A stretch of 64,000 nucleotides of DNA, from positions 9,482 through 73,481 of the forward strand of contig CALCRE010000293.1 of assembly GCA_937894465.1 (NCBI GenBank). The letters run 5' to 3'. Shown piece by piece: positions 1 to 11,255 of this stretch. A program made the translations under genes and the position numbers. Source of the DNA: an uncultured Clostridia bacterium. Its GTDB lineage: Bacteria > Bacillota > Clostridia > JAAYHZ01. Numbering within the stretch: the first letter of the stretch is position 1; every line of letters starts with the position of its first letter. The notes under the pieces were generated by a model that ran no database searches, was not told where the DNA came from, and saw only the letters and a list, made by a program, of their open reading frames with translations.

Positions 1-2
1 AG

Positions 3-713
3 CCGGATGTTTGGTCTTCGGAAAACGGAACGGACTGGGAATTGATAACCGACAACGCTCCTTGGGGACAAAGAGCATTGCATCACACTGTTGCATTCAA
101 AGACAAAATTTGGGTGATGGGAGGTCAAACGGTACCGGGGTTTGTTGCCAGTGAACCGAGAACCATCTATTACAATGATGTATGGAACTCCAAGGACGGG
201 AAACATTGGGATTTAGTGACCGAACATGCCCCATGGGAACCTAGAGGGATGATTGGAAACAGCGCAGTGTTCAAAGATCGCATGTGGTTACTCGGGGGAG
301 GCACATATGACACACCGGAATTTCCCGTCAGGAAATATTTTAATGATGTGTGGAGCTCTGCCGATGGCCTTAATTGGGAATTGCATACACAAAACAGCCC
401 TTGGAAAGCGAGACAGTATCATGAAATAGCTGCATATGACGGTCACATATGGGTAATGGAAGGTTTCGACGGGGTTTTTGAGATTCAATTACCGGATGGG
501 AGCAGAAAAAAGAAAAATCCGGATGGGAGTGGTAATATCAAGGATGTTTGGTACTCTTACGACGGTGTAAACTGGCATGAATTGCCCAATACACCATGGT
601 TGCCCAGACATGCGGCCAGTGTTACTGTTCATGACAATGCATTATGGATGGTAGCCGGAAACAATATGACCCCGGATGTGTGGAAGTTAGAAGCAAAAAC
701 CGTTGCAAGATAG
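3..713 (+). CDS. Kelch-repeat / Asp-box beta-propeller protein, 5'-truncated at the window edge
   Basis: Frame is open from position 3 (PDVWSSENGTDWEL...). Repeated units KDKIWVMGG / KDRMWLLGG / DGHIWVMEG / DNALWMVAG alternate with DVWxSxDGxxW Asp-box-like motifs. Confidence 0.75.
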   Translation, partial: PDVWSSENGTDWELITDNAPWGQRALHHTVAFKDKIWVMGGQTVPGFVASEPRTIYYNDVWNSKDGKHWDLVTEHAPWEPRGMIGNSAVFKDRMWLLGGGTYDTPEFPVRKYFNDVWSSADGLNWELHTQNSPWKARQYHEIAAYDGHIWVMEGFDGVFEIQLPDGSRKKKNPDGSGNIKDVWYSYDGVNWHELPNTPWLPRHAASVTVHDNALWMVAGNNMTPDVWKLEAKTVAR

Positions 714-765
714 GGATTTACTTGTTTTTATCAAAAATTGGATTATGTAAACTTCCTAAAAACTA

Positions 766-794
766 TTTACATTCTTACGTAGTTGTTATATATT
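766..794 (+). promoter_or_regulatory. Putative sigma-A promoter of the opp operon
   Basis: TTTACA (766-771), 17 nt, TATATT (789-794), upstream of the AAGGAGG RBS. Confidence 0.5.
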
Positions 795-853
795 TAAAAT
801 AGCAACATTTTATAAAAAAATCAATATTTTAAATTGATTGAAGGAGGAAAAGT

Positions 854-2845
854 ATGAGAAAAAGATCATTGATTGCGCTCTTGATTGTTGTTGTTATGAT
901 GACTGTTATGTTGTCGAGTTGCGAATCTTACAACCCGACTTACGACACTTTAGTTATTGCAACACAAACATTTGAAGGAAAGTTTAATCCCTTCTATGCA
1001 GAAAGCGCATACGACATGCAGGTTCTTGACCAAATATTCGTCAACCCGCAAATTGTGAACAAGGACAACGCTTTGGAGGACTGGGCAGGTTCCATTGATT
1101 ACAAGGAAATTACCGCACCGGACGGTCATACCCAAGTCGAGTACACCGTAAAGGTGAAAAAAGGTATGAAATTTACCGACGGAGAACCTGTAACCATTGA
1201 CGACCTTATCTATTCCTATTATGTGTATGCAGACCCGTCCTACACAGGACCGTCAAGCACATTCTACACCGAAGACATCGTCGGTTTAAAGGAATACTAT
1301 TATGACGACCCGAACTATTCCTCTATCATAGAAGGATATGCACAAACTGTCATAGATAAGTACAGCCAGGGCACCATTTCCAAAGAAGACTTTATTACAT
1401 ACCTGATTGAAACAGGTTTGGACGGCTGGTGGAATGGAAAACCGGATTCACAAATCGCAGAAAACTACACATGGTCTGATTACATCAAAGACGAAGGCTT
1501 TGAAGAACAACTTAAGAAAATCGACGCAAAAAATGCAGATCAAATGTTAGCTTTACTGGCTGATGTTGAATACACCAATTATGGAGAGTATTACGATCCG
1601 GCTCCTTGGTGGGAAGCAAAGCTTGCAGAAGATTATATCGCAGGCAACTTGGCTGACGGCATTACAGTTGAAACCATTTCCGGTATTACGAAAGTTGATG
1701 AATATACCTGTAAAGTTTTATATGATTCCGTTAATATCTACGGTGACCGTGCCATCAACGCACCTATAGTTCCTTCTCACTACTACGGATCCTTCTCAAA
1801 AGGTAATGCGGAAGCAGTGGTAAGTATTAATATGGATCAACCGATGGGTTCCGGTCCGTACATTTGGGGCGGATTCTCCGATAATATTGTCACAGCTACG
1901 GCAAACGACAGTTACTTCCAAGGAAAACCGTATATCAAGACGGTTAAATGGCAAGTATACAGTGATGACGATATATATGCAGCATTTGTTGCAGGAGACA
2001 TCGACATTGCTAACCCCACATTGAACAGAGAAAAATTACAAGAATACATCGATGCAGAATTGCATTATGACCTCGTTGACAACAACGGATACGGTTATTT
2101 AGCAATTAATGCGAAAAATGTTGACAAACAAGTTAGACAAGGATTCATGCATTTATTGAACCGTGCTCCTTCTGTTGAAGGATATTACGGAACAATGGCT
2201 CAATTAATCGAGCGTCCTATGACCACCACATTAGCTGAATATCCGGACGATGCAGAGGAATACTATGGATATGATCCTGCCAAAGCACTTGAAAAATTCA
2301 AGGCTGCCGGTTACGAACAAAAAGATGGCAAGCTGGTGAAAAACAATCAACAACTGGTGCTTAATGTTTACATCGGTGGAGACGGCGTCGGTGATCACCC
2401 GGGTTACGCTATGTTGACACAAGCTGAAAATGACTTGGCTGCAATGGGCGGCGAACTCATTATCAATGACGTTCAATTCTCAGTGTTGCAAAGTGCAATG
2501 AACAGCGGCGAAGCTGATATGTTCGTTCTTGCTTGGGGTACGGATACAACCTGTGACCAAAGAACAACCTATATGACCGGTGGAGGACAAAATCGTACTA
2601 ACATTAGCAACAAAGAACTCGATGGCTTGCTTGAAGAAGTTGTTGTAACCATGGATTTGAAAGAAAGATCCGAAAAGGTAGCAAGAGCTTTGGATATCGT
2701 CATGGAGGAAGCTGTTGAAATGCCTCTTTATCAGAGAAAGAACGGCTATGTCTATAATCCTGTTACTGTAGACATTTCAACATTACCTGAAACAACAACA
2801 TATTGGAACTACGAAAGAGTTCTGTATAAATTAAAACTCAACTAA
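854..2845 (+). CDS. oppA: Oligopeptide/oligosaccharide ABC transporter substrate-binding lipoprotein (SBP family 5)
   Basis: Lipobox LSSC after a hydrophobic signal; motifs KFTDGEPVTIDD, PMGSGPY, EAVEMPLYQ; AAGGAGG RBS. Confidence 0.9.
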   Translation: MRKRSLIALLIVVVMMTVMLSSCESYNPTYDTLVIATQTFEGKFNPFYAESAYDMQVLDQIFVNPQIVNKDNALEDWAGSIDYKEITAPDGHTQVEYTVKVKKGMKFTDGEPVTIDDLIYSYYVYADPSYTGPSSTFYTEDIVGLKEYYYDDPNYSSIIEGYAQTVIDKYSQGTISKEDFITYLIETGLDGWWNGKPDSQIAENYTWSDYIKDEGFEEQLKKIDAKNADQMLALLADVEYTNYGEYYDPAPWWEAKLAEDYIAGNLADGITVETISGITKVDEYTCKVLYDSVNIYGDRAINAPIVPSHYYGSFSKGNAEAVVSINMDQPMGSGPYIWGGFSDNIVTATANDSYFQGKPYIKTVKWQVYSDDDIYAAFVAGDIDIANPTLNREKLQEYIDAELHYDLVDNNGYGYLAINAKNVDKQVRQGFMHLLNRAPSVEGYYGTMAQLIERPMTTTLAEYPDDAEEYYGYDPAKALEKFKAAGYEQKDGKLVKNNQQLVLNVYIGGDGVGDHPGYAMLTQAENDLAAMGGELIINDVQFSVLQSAMNSGEADMFVLAWGTDTTCDQRTTYMTGGGQNRTNISNKELDGLLEEVVVTMDLKERSEKVARALDIVMEEAVEMPLYQRKNGYVYNPVTVDISTLPETTTYWNYERVLYKLKLN

Positions 2846-2865
2846 AAGAAAATTTTAATAAACTA

Positions 2866-2900
2866 AAATCTCTCCGTTGTGAACAACAACGGAGAGATTT
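2866..2900 (+). terminator. Stem-loop after oppA (terminator or mRNA stabiliser)
   Basis: AAATCTCTCCGTTGT-gaaca-ACAACGGAGAGATTT perfect 15-bp inverted repeat. Confidence 0.75.
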
Positions 2901-3022
2901 ATTATATCTAATTTTAACCGGTAAAATTAACTAACTAATATACAACGACAATGCCGGTTGACAACGAGATGATAACCATCTCTATACCATTTAATATTAC
3001 TTCAAAGGGAAGGGAAGAAAAA

Positions 3023-4000
3023 ATGAAACAATACATTATCAAAAGGGTGATGATCAGTTTCATAGTATTAATCGGCGTTTCAATAATGCTATTTTCTATT
3101 ACCAGACTTATGCCGTCTGATTTTGTCGATTTATCAACCGCTAATAACTTGAAGATTACAGAGGAACAAAAAGAGCATTTACGGGAATTATACGGTTTGA
3201 ATACAGGAATTGTTGAAGGTTATTTTTCATGGCTTGGAAACGTTTTAAGAGGTAACTTAGGTGTTTCCTTATACTATAAGAGACCTGTCACAGAATTGAT
3301 TAAAGAATATGCGCCTGTTACTTTTTCAGTCGCAATTATTGCATTGATATTAGAATTGCTTATAGCCATACCTTTAGGTATCTTAGCCGCTACAAAACAA
3401 TACACGAAGGTTGACTATATGATTACAACTATAGCATTTATGGGTATATCATTACCTATATTCTTTTTTGCTGTTATATTAAAGCGAATATTCGGCCCAT
3501 TGGGTTTAAATATCCTGCCTGTAGCAGGAATGCTGAATGCCCGTGTCACTTACACAGGATTTTCATTTGCTAAATTAATGGATTATGGACGACATTTGAT
3601 TCTGCCAATCAGCTGCTTTGTCATTACCAGCGTAGGCGGTTTGTTACGCTATACCCGCACCAATATGCTGGAGGTTCTTAATTCAGATTATGTAAGAACC
3701 GCTCGTGCAAAGGGTTTGCCGGAGAAAAAGGTCATAGGAAAACACGCTTTTAGAAACACATTGATCCCCATTGTTACCATGGTGGGTGGTATGCTACCGG
3801 GTTTGTTTTCCGGTGCCGCTATCACAGAAGGTTTGTTTTCAATCGAAGGATTAGGGCAAATGGCATTAACCGCTTCTTACCAAGCGGATATTCCATACCT
3901 TATGGGATTTAATATGTTTCTTGCAGTTATGACGCTGATCGGCACATTATTATCTGACATTCTTTACGCTGTCGTAGACCCGCGTATTCGATACAGTTAG
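3023..4000 (+). CDS. oppB: Opp ABC permease OppB
   Basis: MKQYIIKR start after a purine-rich RBS; EAA-loop DYVRTARAKGL; ends DPRIRY. Confidence 0.9.
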   Translation: MKQYIIKRVMISFIVLIGVSIMLFSITRLMPSDFVDLSTANNLKITEEQKEHLRELYGLNTGIVEGYFSWLGNVLRGNLGVSLYYKRPVTELIKEYAPVTFSVAIIALILELLIAIPLGILAATKQYTKVDYMITTIAFMGISLPIFFFAVILKRIFGPLGLNILPVAGMLNARVTYTGFSFAKLMDYGRHLILPISCFVITSVGGLLRYTRTNMLEVLNSDYVRTARAKGLPEKKVIGKHAFRNTLIPIVTMVGGMLPGLFSGAAITEGLFSIEGLGQMALTASYQADIPYLMGFNMFLAVMTLIGTLLSDILYAVVDPRIRYS

Positions 4001-4011
4001 GAGGCGATTTC

Positions 4012-5334
4012 ATGCAAGATAACAACAATAACTATAACGAGGGTAATGACCAGCTGGAGAAAAACAGGGTGTTTTTATCACCGGGGCAATTAGTCATGAG
4101 ACGATTTATAAGGAATAAGGCAGCGGTGTTAGGAATCACTGTTCTTATTGCAATGATTCTGTTTTGCTTTATTGGACCCCTTTTAATGCCCTACACCGAA
4201 ACCGAGCTATTTTATATGGCCAAGGAACAATATACCATGATCACCGATCAAGGTTCTGTCATTAGTTTTATCAAAGAAATAGACGACAGTTATTCCTACT
4301 ATGGAGAAAAAACATATGGAAAAATGAAGACCAGATCTCCTTTTGCGGAAACAACCAAAGGTGCTTTGTCATCTATAGAAGACCGTGATTTGTCATCCAT
4401 CACATCCAAAAAAGGAGATGTAAAATATTATATAAGCTTTATAAACGGTGTTAAAAAGAGCGAACAAGCCGTTGTTGCTTTCTATGAAGACGGGACAACC
4501 GCATTGAATGTGTTAACCGATTCCGGTTATGTAACCATAAATGGATCTTGGGAATATCACTTGATGGAAGAAATTCGCATGACCGATCCCCGCATCGTTA
4601 ATTCGATATTGTATGTAAAGGCACCTCCTTCTAAAAACCACCTTTTAGGTACCGACCAAGGAGGCCGGGACATGCTGACAAGACTTATGTACGGCGGTAG
4701 GGTTTCCTTGCTGGTGGGTTTGTGCGTTGTCATCGTGGAATTATTAATCGGTGTGACTTTAGGAGGTATCGCCGGATATTACGGTGGAAAAATCGATATG
4801 ATCATCATGAGGATGGTTGAAATATTCTACGCCATCCCCTTCATTCCATTGATGCTTATCATATCTTCCATCATGTTGCAATTACGAATATCGCCTGCTA
4901 ATAAGATCTATTATATTATGATTGTAATGGGGGTCCTGTATTGGGCCAGCGTTGCGAGAATGATACGCGGGCAGATTCTATCTTTACGGGAAATGGAGTA
5001 TATGCAAGCCGCAGAAGCTTTAGGATTAAGAACATCCCGTAAGATATTCAAACACTTGATACCCAACGTCATGCCGTTGATTATTGTTATGGCTACCATG
5101 GATTTGGGAAGTATTATTTTAACCGAGTCCACAATGAGTTTCTTGGGTGTTGGTGTAGCCGCACCTTATGCATCATGGGGAAATATGGTCAGTGCCGTAA
5201 CAACATCCACCGTCATGAAAAACAATCCTTGGATTTGGATTCCACCCGGAATATGTATCTTGGTCACTGTTTTAGCATTTAACTTTGTCGGAGACGGTTT
5301 GCGAGATGCATTCGATCCCAAGATGAAACGATAG
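4012..5334 (+). CDS. oppC: Opp ABC permease OppC with a large extracytoplasmic insertion
   Basis: HLLGTDQGGRD, EYMQAAEALG and GDGLRDAFDPK motifs; GGAGG RBS. Confidence 0.9.
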   Translation: MQDNNNNYNEGNDQLEKNRVFLSPGQLVMRRFIRNKAAVLGITVLIAMILFCFIGPLLMPYTETELFYMAKEQYTMITDQGSVISFIKEIDDSYSYYGEKTYGKMKTRSPFAETTKGALSSIEDRDLSSITSKKGDVKYYISFINGVKKSEQAVVAFYEDGTTALNVLTDSGYVTINGSWEYHLMEEIRMTDPRIVNSILYVKAPPSKNHLLGTDQGGRDMLTRLMYGGRVSLLVGLCVVIVELLIGVTLGGIAGYYGGKIDMIIMRMVEIFYAIPFIPLMLIISSIMLQLRISPANKIYYIMIVMGVLYWASVARMIRGQILSLREMEYMQAAEALGLRTSRKIFKHLIPNVMPLIIVMATMDLGSIILTESTMSFLGVGVAAPYASWGNMVSAVTTSTVMKNNPWIWIPPGICILVTVLAFNFVGDGLRDAFDPKMKR

Positions 5335-5346
5335 GCAGGTGATGAA

Positions 5347-6507
5347 ATGGATAAAAATAAAAATAATACACGATTAAAAGAAATTAAAAAGTTTAACAAT
5401 ATAAAATACCGGGAACACACAAAAGCACAAAAGCGCAAGCGTATCCCGGAAAGTGAATATGTAACCACTATGAAAGATCCGAACAACATCTTGGAAATTG
5501 ATAATCTCAAGACGTATTTTTATACCGACATCGGAACAGTGAAGGCGGTAGACGGAGTTACATTCGATGTGCCCATCGGAAAAACGGTTGGTGTAGTGGG
5601 TGAATCCGGCTGCGGTAAAAGTGTTACCAGCTTATCCATCATGCGCTTGTTACAGGCCCCTCAAGGGCAAATTTCCGGAGGACAGATACGATTTAATCAA
5701 GCATCCCGGAACCGTGCAGTGGATATTACCAAAATGCCATTACAAGAATTAGAAAAGATCAGAGGTAATGATCTCGCTATGATCTTCCAAGAGCCTATGA
5801 CTTCATTAAATCCGGTTTTCACAATCGGAGATCAGATTGACGAGAGTATTCAGTTACACAATCCCAATTTGAATAAAAAGGAAGTGAAGGCTCGTACGAT
5901 AGAAATGTTAAATTTGGTTGGTATCGCCAACCCGGAGGGGATTTATAAGAACTATCCACACGAGCTCTCCGGTGGGATGAGGCAACGTGCCATGATTGCC
6001 ATGGCTTTGTCCTGTGATCCCCAATTAATCATTGCAGACGAACCTACAACAGCATTAGATGTTACTATACAAGCCCAAATACTGGACTTATTGGTAAACC
6101 TAAAAGATAAGATCAACTCCTCTATCATGTTGATCACCCATGATTTGGGTGTCATAGCCGAAACAGCAGATTTTGTTGTTGTAATGTATGCCGGTAGGAT
6201 TGTGGAGCAAGGGACTGCGGAAGAAATCTTTTACAACCCCAGCCATCCTTACACTGTAGGGCTTATGAAATCACGTCCTTCATTAAATGCCAATGAAAAG
6301 AGACTGTATTCCATACCGGGGAATGTGCCGAACCCTATTAACTTACCTAACTTTTGTTATTATAAAAACAGGTGCGAATTTGCCACAGAAAAGTGCGAAG
6401 GAAAATATCCGGCATTGTTCTCATTAAGCGATACACACAAGGTTTGCTGCTATCACCCTATAAAAGGGAATTTTACGTTAGGAGAAGATGATAAAAATGA
6501 AGAATAA
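5347..6507 (+). CDS. oppD: Opp ABC ATPase OppD
   Basis: Walker [25 protein letters not shown], Cys-rich C-terminal domain. Confidence 0.92.
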   Translation: MDKNKNNTRLKEIKKFNNIKYREHTKAQKRKRIPESEYVTTMKDPNNILEIDNLKTYFYTDIGTVKAVDGVTFDVPIGKTVGVVGESGCGKSVTSLSIMRLLQAPQGQISGGQIRFNQASRNRAVDITKMPLQELEKIRGNDLAMIFQEPMTSLNPVFTIGDQIDESIQLHNPNLNKKEVKARTIEMLNLVGIANPEGIYKNYPHELSGGMRQRAMIAMALSCDPQLIIADEPTTALDVTIQAQILDLLVNLKDKINSSIMLITHDLGVIAETADFVVVMYAGRIVEQGTAEEIFYNPSHPYTVGLMKSRPSLNANEKRLYSIPGNVPNPINLPNFCYYKNRCEFATEKCEGKYPALFSLSDTHKVCCYHPIKGNFTLGEDDKNEE

Positions 6508-7531
6508 CAATCTCATAGAAGTTAGTAACCTCAAAACGTACTTTCCCATCAAGTCCGGTGTATTTCAAAGAACCGTAGGCCACGTTAAAGCAGTGGATGA
6601 TGTGAGTTTCTCCATTAAAAGAGGTCAAACATTCGGCTTGGTGGGAGAATCGGGTTGCGGAAAAACCACCATTGGACGTACGTTATTGCGTTTGATACAA
6701 CCGACGGCCGGCTCCGTTATCATAAACGATGTCGACGTGTTTAAATTAAAGTCCGACGAACTCAGGGCAATGCGGAAAAAGATGCAAATCATATTCCAAG
6801 ACCCTTATTCCTCCTTAAATCCCCGTTTACCGGTGGGGGAAATCATCGGTGAAGCGGTACGAGAACATTATTTGCGTAAAGATGGTAGCGGGGAATTACT
6901 TTTTGGTGATAACAACACCGAACTGACGAAGGAAACTTATCGTGATTATGTGCTGCAAGTGATGGATGATTGTGGTCTGCGTCCATATTTCATCGATCGG
7001 TATCCACACGAGTTCTCCGGAGGCCAAAGGCAAAGAATTTGTATTGCTCGTGCATTAGCGTTAAATCCACAACTGATTATTGCGGACGAACCGGTTTCCG
7101 CACTGGATGTATCTATCCAGGCTCAAATTATTAATTTATTGAAAAAGCTTCAGGATGAAAGACAACTGACCTATTTGTTCATTTCTCATGACTTATCGGT
7201 GGTGGAATATATATCGGATACGGTAGCAGTGATGTATTTAGGAAATATTGTAGAAATGGCACCTAAGAAAAAACTTTTTGCAAACCCCTTGCATCCTTAC
7301 TCGGAAGCCTTGCTTTCTGCCGTACCTTATCCGGATCCGGCAAGACGCCATACAAAAAAGAGGATCATCTTAGAAGGTGATATTCCGTCTCCGGCAAATC
7401 CTCCGAAAGGATGCCGGTTCCACACCAGATGTCCTTATGCAAAGGAAATTTGTGCGGAGCAAGTACCGGAATACAAGGAAGTTGCTCCGGAGCACTTCTG
7501 CATGTGTCATAAGGTGAACGGTTTGTTTTGA
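6488..7531 (+). CDS. oppF: Opp ABC ATPase OppF (start may be 6497)
   Basis: [32 protein letters not shown]. Confidence 0.92.
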   Translation: MIKMKNNNLIEVSNLKTYFPIKSGVFQRTVGHVKAVDDVSFSIKRGQTFGLVGESGCGKTTIGRTLLRLIQPTAGSVIINDVDVFKLKSDELRAMRKKMQIIFQDPYSSLNPRLPVGEIIGEAVREHYLRKDGSGELLFGDNNTELTKETYRDYVLQVMDDCGLRPYFIDRYPHEFSGGQRQRICIARALALNPQLIIADEPVSALDVSIQAQIINLLKKLQDERQLTYLFISHDLSVVEYISDTVAVMYLGNIVEMAPKKKLFANPLHPYSEALLSAVPYPDPARRHTKKRIILEGDIPSPANPPKGCRFHTRCPYAKEICAEQVPEYKEVAPEHFCMCHKVNGLF

Positions 7532-7569
7532 CAATAACTAATATCAGAGAATATATAAAATCATGGTGT

Positions 7570-7597
7570 AAAAAGGAGATCCAAAGATCTCCTTTTT
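7570..7597. terminator. Bidirectional intrinsic terminator
   Basis: AAAAAGGAGATC-caaa-GATCTCCTTTTT between convergent genes. Confidence 0.85.
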
Positions 7598-7611
7598 GTT
7601 GCCTAACAAAC

Positions 7612-10600
7612 CTAAGTCGTGCGTAAAACGGGGATCTCGAAAGAAGCATTTTCTTTGAACAAATAGGTATAGTTCCCCTCTTGATCCCTTCCCTTAACGG
7701 TTGTACGATTTAAGATCAAGCGATAACAATTGTTTTCTTGTAAATATGCATCAACGATTTCATAAGACGCATTCCATGGACCTGCAGGTTGAATATGAAT
7801 TGTTCTGCCAATGATTTCGGTCAATAAATCAGGTGCTTGATCAAAGATTACATCCACAAAATGATATTCACTGAATTGCTTTTCAAAATCCTTTATACAT
7901 CCTCTTATGCTCTCGTAAGGAGAAGACAGAGCAAATTGATATCCTTTTTCTCCATATTCAAGTAAAGTTCCTTTGGATAACAAAGCATAAAGCACTTTAC
8001 CCTCTTTGGTTCTCAAAAAGCCCAACCTTCCTTTAAATCGGATCTTGTCATCCACTAAAAATTCCGTATCTTCACAAACACTAGAGCATATATAATCAAC
8101 GGTCCCACCTGATAACAAAACCTTCACACCACCGGCCACATATCCGGGATGGCCTTTCATACTGCCGGGATCCATTACCTTGATACTGACTTCTTCAAGA
8201 TGAACGATCTCGGGTTGACCTTCATATGCCTCATACACCGATGTGAATCGGCTTTTTAAGCCCCTACCCCTTTTGACAGCCAATAAGTAATTCAAGTATT
8301 TAGGGTTTCCCGGCTTGTTTTGTGGCGGCTTTCCTTTGGCTTTGATGATCTCACTAAAAGAACCTAAAAGCCAAGCTTTGAAGGATATCGATTCAATTTT
8401 TCCCTTTGTGACACCCCAGGTGTCTTTTACCTGCCAAATCGCTTCAATATTATTTCCCGGAGAATTACACTGTTCCACATCATACAGATAGCTTAATCCG
8501 GAACCCACTCCTTTGTGTCGATCACGGTTATCTCCATAGGCAATGTCAACTCCTGCCACAGTACCCGGTTTCTTTTCTAACTCCACTCCTTTCATCGTTA
8601 AAGGACCTTCACCTCCATGGAGTGAGAATCGGTGCAATTCGCCTCCGGACACTCGAAAGAAATCCACTATATATGCTTTACCCGGTGAAACCTCAATCAT
8701 GGACAAAGAGCGATTATACATATCAGCATTATCATAAACATCCGGTGCATCCACATCGATATATTTTACAATACTGTCATCTTCAAATCCTTTCACATAA
8801 CCCGGGTGATAAGTTGTTTTTTGACACTGATCATCTACCATGACACAATTATGGCTGAGGGTATGGTTATTCCATTCCAAGCGATTATGAAATCCCGCTT
8901 CGCAGTATTCCGGATAACCTAAATCCGGAGAAATGTTGATTCCTTTATAAAACAGCTCAAAATTTAACTTGTCCCAATGACCGTGGCCTACCGTTCTGCC
9001 GTAATAAAAATTAACAAAGTTGCCGTCTTTCTCAGGCTGTCTTAAAATGCAGTTGCCAAATCCACAGGCATTGTCTGATTTTTCATAAAATTTCATCTCA
9101 GAAAGATCGGCTTGTTTTAGCAACTCCATCATTTTTTCTTTGCCGGTGATTCGGGAGCTTTCAAATTTTCCTTTCTTCGCATCCGGCCACACCATATTGA
9201 TATATGTCAATATTCGTGGATCCTTTGTCAAAAAATATCCATCAACTAACAGCTTTAAGTCCTCAGAACCGGTCAATATTAAACCCGGATTCCCAGTACT
9301 CCCGTTATCCCCTATATTCGGGACATATCTTTCGTCAATTACCCAAGGCATATAACTTTTATACATCATGAGCATTTTGGGATGCCGGTTGATATCATAA
9401 GCCGATCCTTTGATTCCAGGATAAAAAGACAGAATATCGGCTAATCGATAAAGCTGACGTAGCCACAAACAGTTATAACCTAAAGAACATTCATCTCCCA
9501 TCCCGTCTCGATCCACCTTGTTCTCAAGTACACCAAATATATTTCCTCCGGTAACATGGACACTAATTTTCATCTTAGGGTGCTTTTCCGAAAAGGAACT
9601 CCCGGAGCGAAAGAGAAAGTCCAACCATTCTTCAGACTCTTCACATCGACCCATACAAACAGCTGCCATTGCCAAAGCAGCTTGGTGCATCCCTTCATTT
9701 CCTAAAATTGAGCCGTTTTTAACACCTGGATACACCTGACGAACAATTCCATCTATAATCGATTCTTCAATTTTTTGTACGTTAACTGTTGCAAAAGGTT
9801 GAAAAGCCTCCTCGATCTCTTTAGGGTACCGGTCTAATACAGGTAAAAACGCATCAGCGGCTTCACATAATCCCTCCGAGAAAAACGTTTCCCAAATGCT
9901 TCCAACCACTTTGCCCTGCAAACGGTGTCCGTCACTATTCCTGTATGGTCGACCGGGACGGCGCATCCAAACATTTAAATCCATGGAAGGATAAATCATT
10001 GAGACCCTGTATAACAAAATTAAGCCTGTGATTGCATAACGCACATCACCTGTATATACCCATGCATCTGCCAAGTGACGAAGTACAGTATGAATATTCC
10101 CTGTTTGATTTTTTTCCCGCCCGTTTAATCCCAACCATATACCCCAATGATGGTAGTAAGCGGCAAAAGCCCAGCTGTGTCCGTTTTCATCAATATATCC
10201 GGTTCCGTCATCCACATACTTCTCCGGTCCGTATTGAGGATATATCTCATTGACCAGCAAAGATCGGTCTGCAAGCTCGCTTTCAAAAAAGCCATCTTGA
10301 TTCAATCCACTGTCGTAAAACCTCTTAAAATCATTGCTTGGAAACTTCATTCCGCAATTAGGACATTGAATTTTCCACGTATTGTTTTCCGTCAAGCAGA
10401 TCCAACCGTATGTACCGTATTTGTTTAAAAATTCATCTCCACATTCAGGGCAACCACTAATGGTCTCTCCTGGTACCGCTCCCCGCGGAATAGAATTGCC
10501 AGCGACAAAATTCCACCAAAATTCATTTCCGTTACATAAATGCTTGTCTGCTTGCTCAACAGTTTTTTTCATATGCCAATTCACACCCGGATCGGAATTG

Positions 10601-10656
10601 GCATTGCATTGTATTGTCTTGATCATCTCGGGATTATAGTAATTACCACCTCTCAT
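7612..10656 (-). CDS. Heparinase II/III-like protein (putative polysaccharide lyase) with two N-terminal CxxC motifs
   Basis: GHGHWDKLNFELF...SPDLGYPE...HTLSHNCVMVD resembles the Hepar_II_III signature; GNEGMHQ in the helical region; AGGAGG RBS. Confidence 0.7.
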   Translation of the reverse strand: MRGGNYYNPEMIKTIQCNANSDPGVNWHMKKTVEQADKHLCNGNEFWWNFVAGNSIPRGAVPGETISGCPECGDEFLNKYGTYGWICLTENNTWKIQCPNCGMKFPSNDFKRFYDSGLNQDGFFESELADRSLLVNEIYPQYGPEKYVDDGTGYIDENGHSWAFAAYYHHWGIWLGLNGREKNQTGNIHTVLRHLADAWVYTGDVRYAITGLILLYRVSMIYPSMDLNVWMRRPGRPYRNSDGHRLQGKVVGSIWETFFSEGLCEAADAFLPVLDRYPKEIEEAFQPFATVNVQKIEESIIDGIVRQVYPGVKNGSILGNEGMHQAALAMAAVCMGRCEESEEWLDFLFRSGSSFSEKHPKMKISVHVTGGNIFGVLENKVDRDGMGDECSLGYNCLWLRQLYRLADILSFYPGIKGSAYDINRHPKMLMMYKSYMPWVIDERYVPNIGDNGSTGNPGLILTGSEDLKLLVDGYFLTKDPRILTYINMVWPDAKKGKFESSRITGKEKMMELLKQADLSEMKFYEKSDNACGFGNCILRQPEKDGNFVNFYYGRTVGHGHWDKLNFELFYKGINISPDLGYPEYCEAGFHNRLEWNNHTLSHNCVMVDDQCQKTTYHPGYVKGFEDDSIVKYIDVDAPDVYDNADMYNRSLSMIEVSPGKAYIVDFFRVSGGELHRFSLHGGEGPLTMKGVELEKKPGTVAGVDIAYGDNRDRHKGVGSGLSYLYDVEQCNSPGNNIEAIWQVKDTWGVTKGKIESISFKAWLLGSFSEIIKAKGKPPQNKPGNPKYLNYLLAVKRGRGLKSRFTSVYEAYEGQPEIVHLEEVSIKVMDPGSMKGHPGYVAGGVKVLLSGGTVDYICSSVCEDTEFLVDDKIRFKGRLGFLRTKEGKVLYALLSKGTLLEYGEKGYQFALSSPYESIRGCIKDFEKQFSEYHFVDVIFDQAPDLLTEIIGRTIHIQPAGPWNASYEIVDAYLQENNCYRLILNRTTVKGRDQEGNYTYLFKENASFEIPVLRTT

Positions 10657-10685
10657 ACGTACCTCCTAAATATCAAAAAAGAGCC

Positions 10686-11255
10686 TTACAAAGACCCTTT
10701 TAATCCGATTTCCTCAGCTACTGTTTTCATACCTTCGATGGTTTCATTTATTACATCATCCAGTTGCATATTCAACATTGCAGCACCTTCTTCAATAATA
10801 TTGCGATCCACCCCTTGCGCAAAGCTTTTTTGTTTGAATTTCTTTTTTACCGAACTGACTGATAGATCTAAAATACTTTTACTCGGCCTCATCAAACAGG
10901 TGGCATTGATCAATCCCGTCAATTCATCAATAGTATATAAAACCTTCTCCATGTATTGCACCGGTTCAGTGTCCGAGCAGATCTTCCATCCATGACTCAC
11001 GACAGCATGGATATACTCTTCCGGCCAATTCTCTTGTCTTAAAATTTTTTCTGTCATTTGGCAATGTTGATCCGGATACAACTCATAATCCAAGTCATGA
11101 ATCAAACCGATCACTCCCCATTTTTGCTCATCTTCTTCTTTAAGTTTTGCAAAATGCTTCATAACAGATTCTACCGCTAAAGCATGATTGATTAATGCTT
11201 CATTTTTATTATATTTTTTTAACAATGCCATTCCTTGTTCTCTGCTTGGGTTCAT
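10686..11255 (-). CDS. HD-domain (HDIG-type) phosphohydrolase
   Basis: H...GLIHDLDY...H...VVSHG...DELTG pattern. Confidence 0.85.
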   Translation of the reverse strand: MNPSREQGMALLKKYNKNEALINHALAVESVMKHFAKLKEEDEQKWGVIGLIHDLDYELYPDQHCQMTEKILRQENWPEEYIHAVVSHGWKICSDTEPVQYMEKVLYTIDELTGLINATCLMRPSKSILDLSVSSVKKKFKQKSFAQGVDRNIIEEGAAMLNMQLDDVINETIEGMKTVAEEIGLKGSL

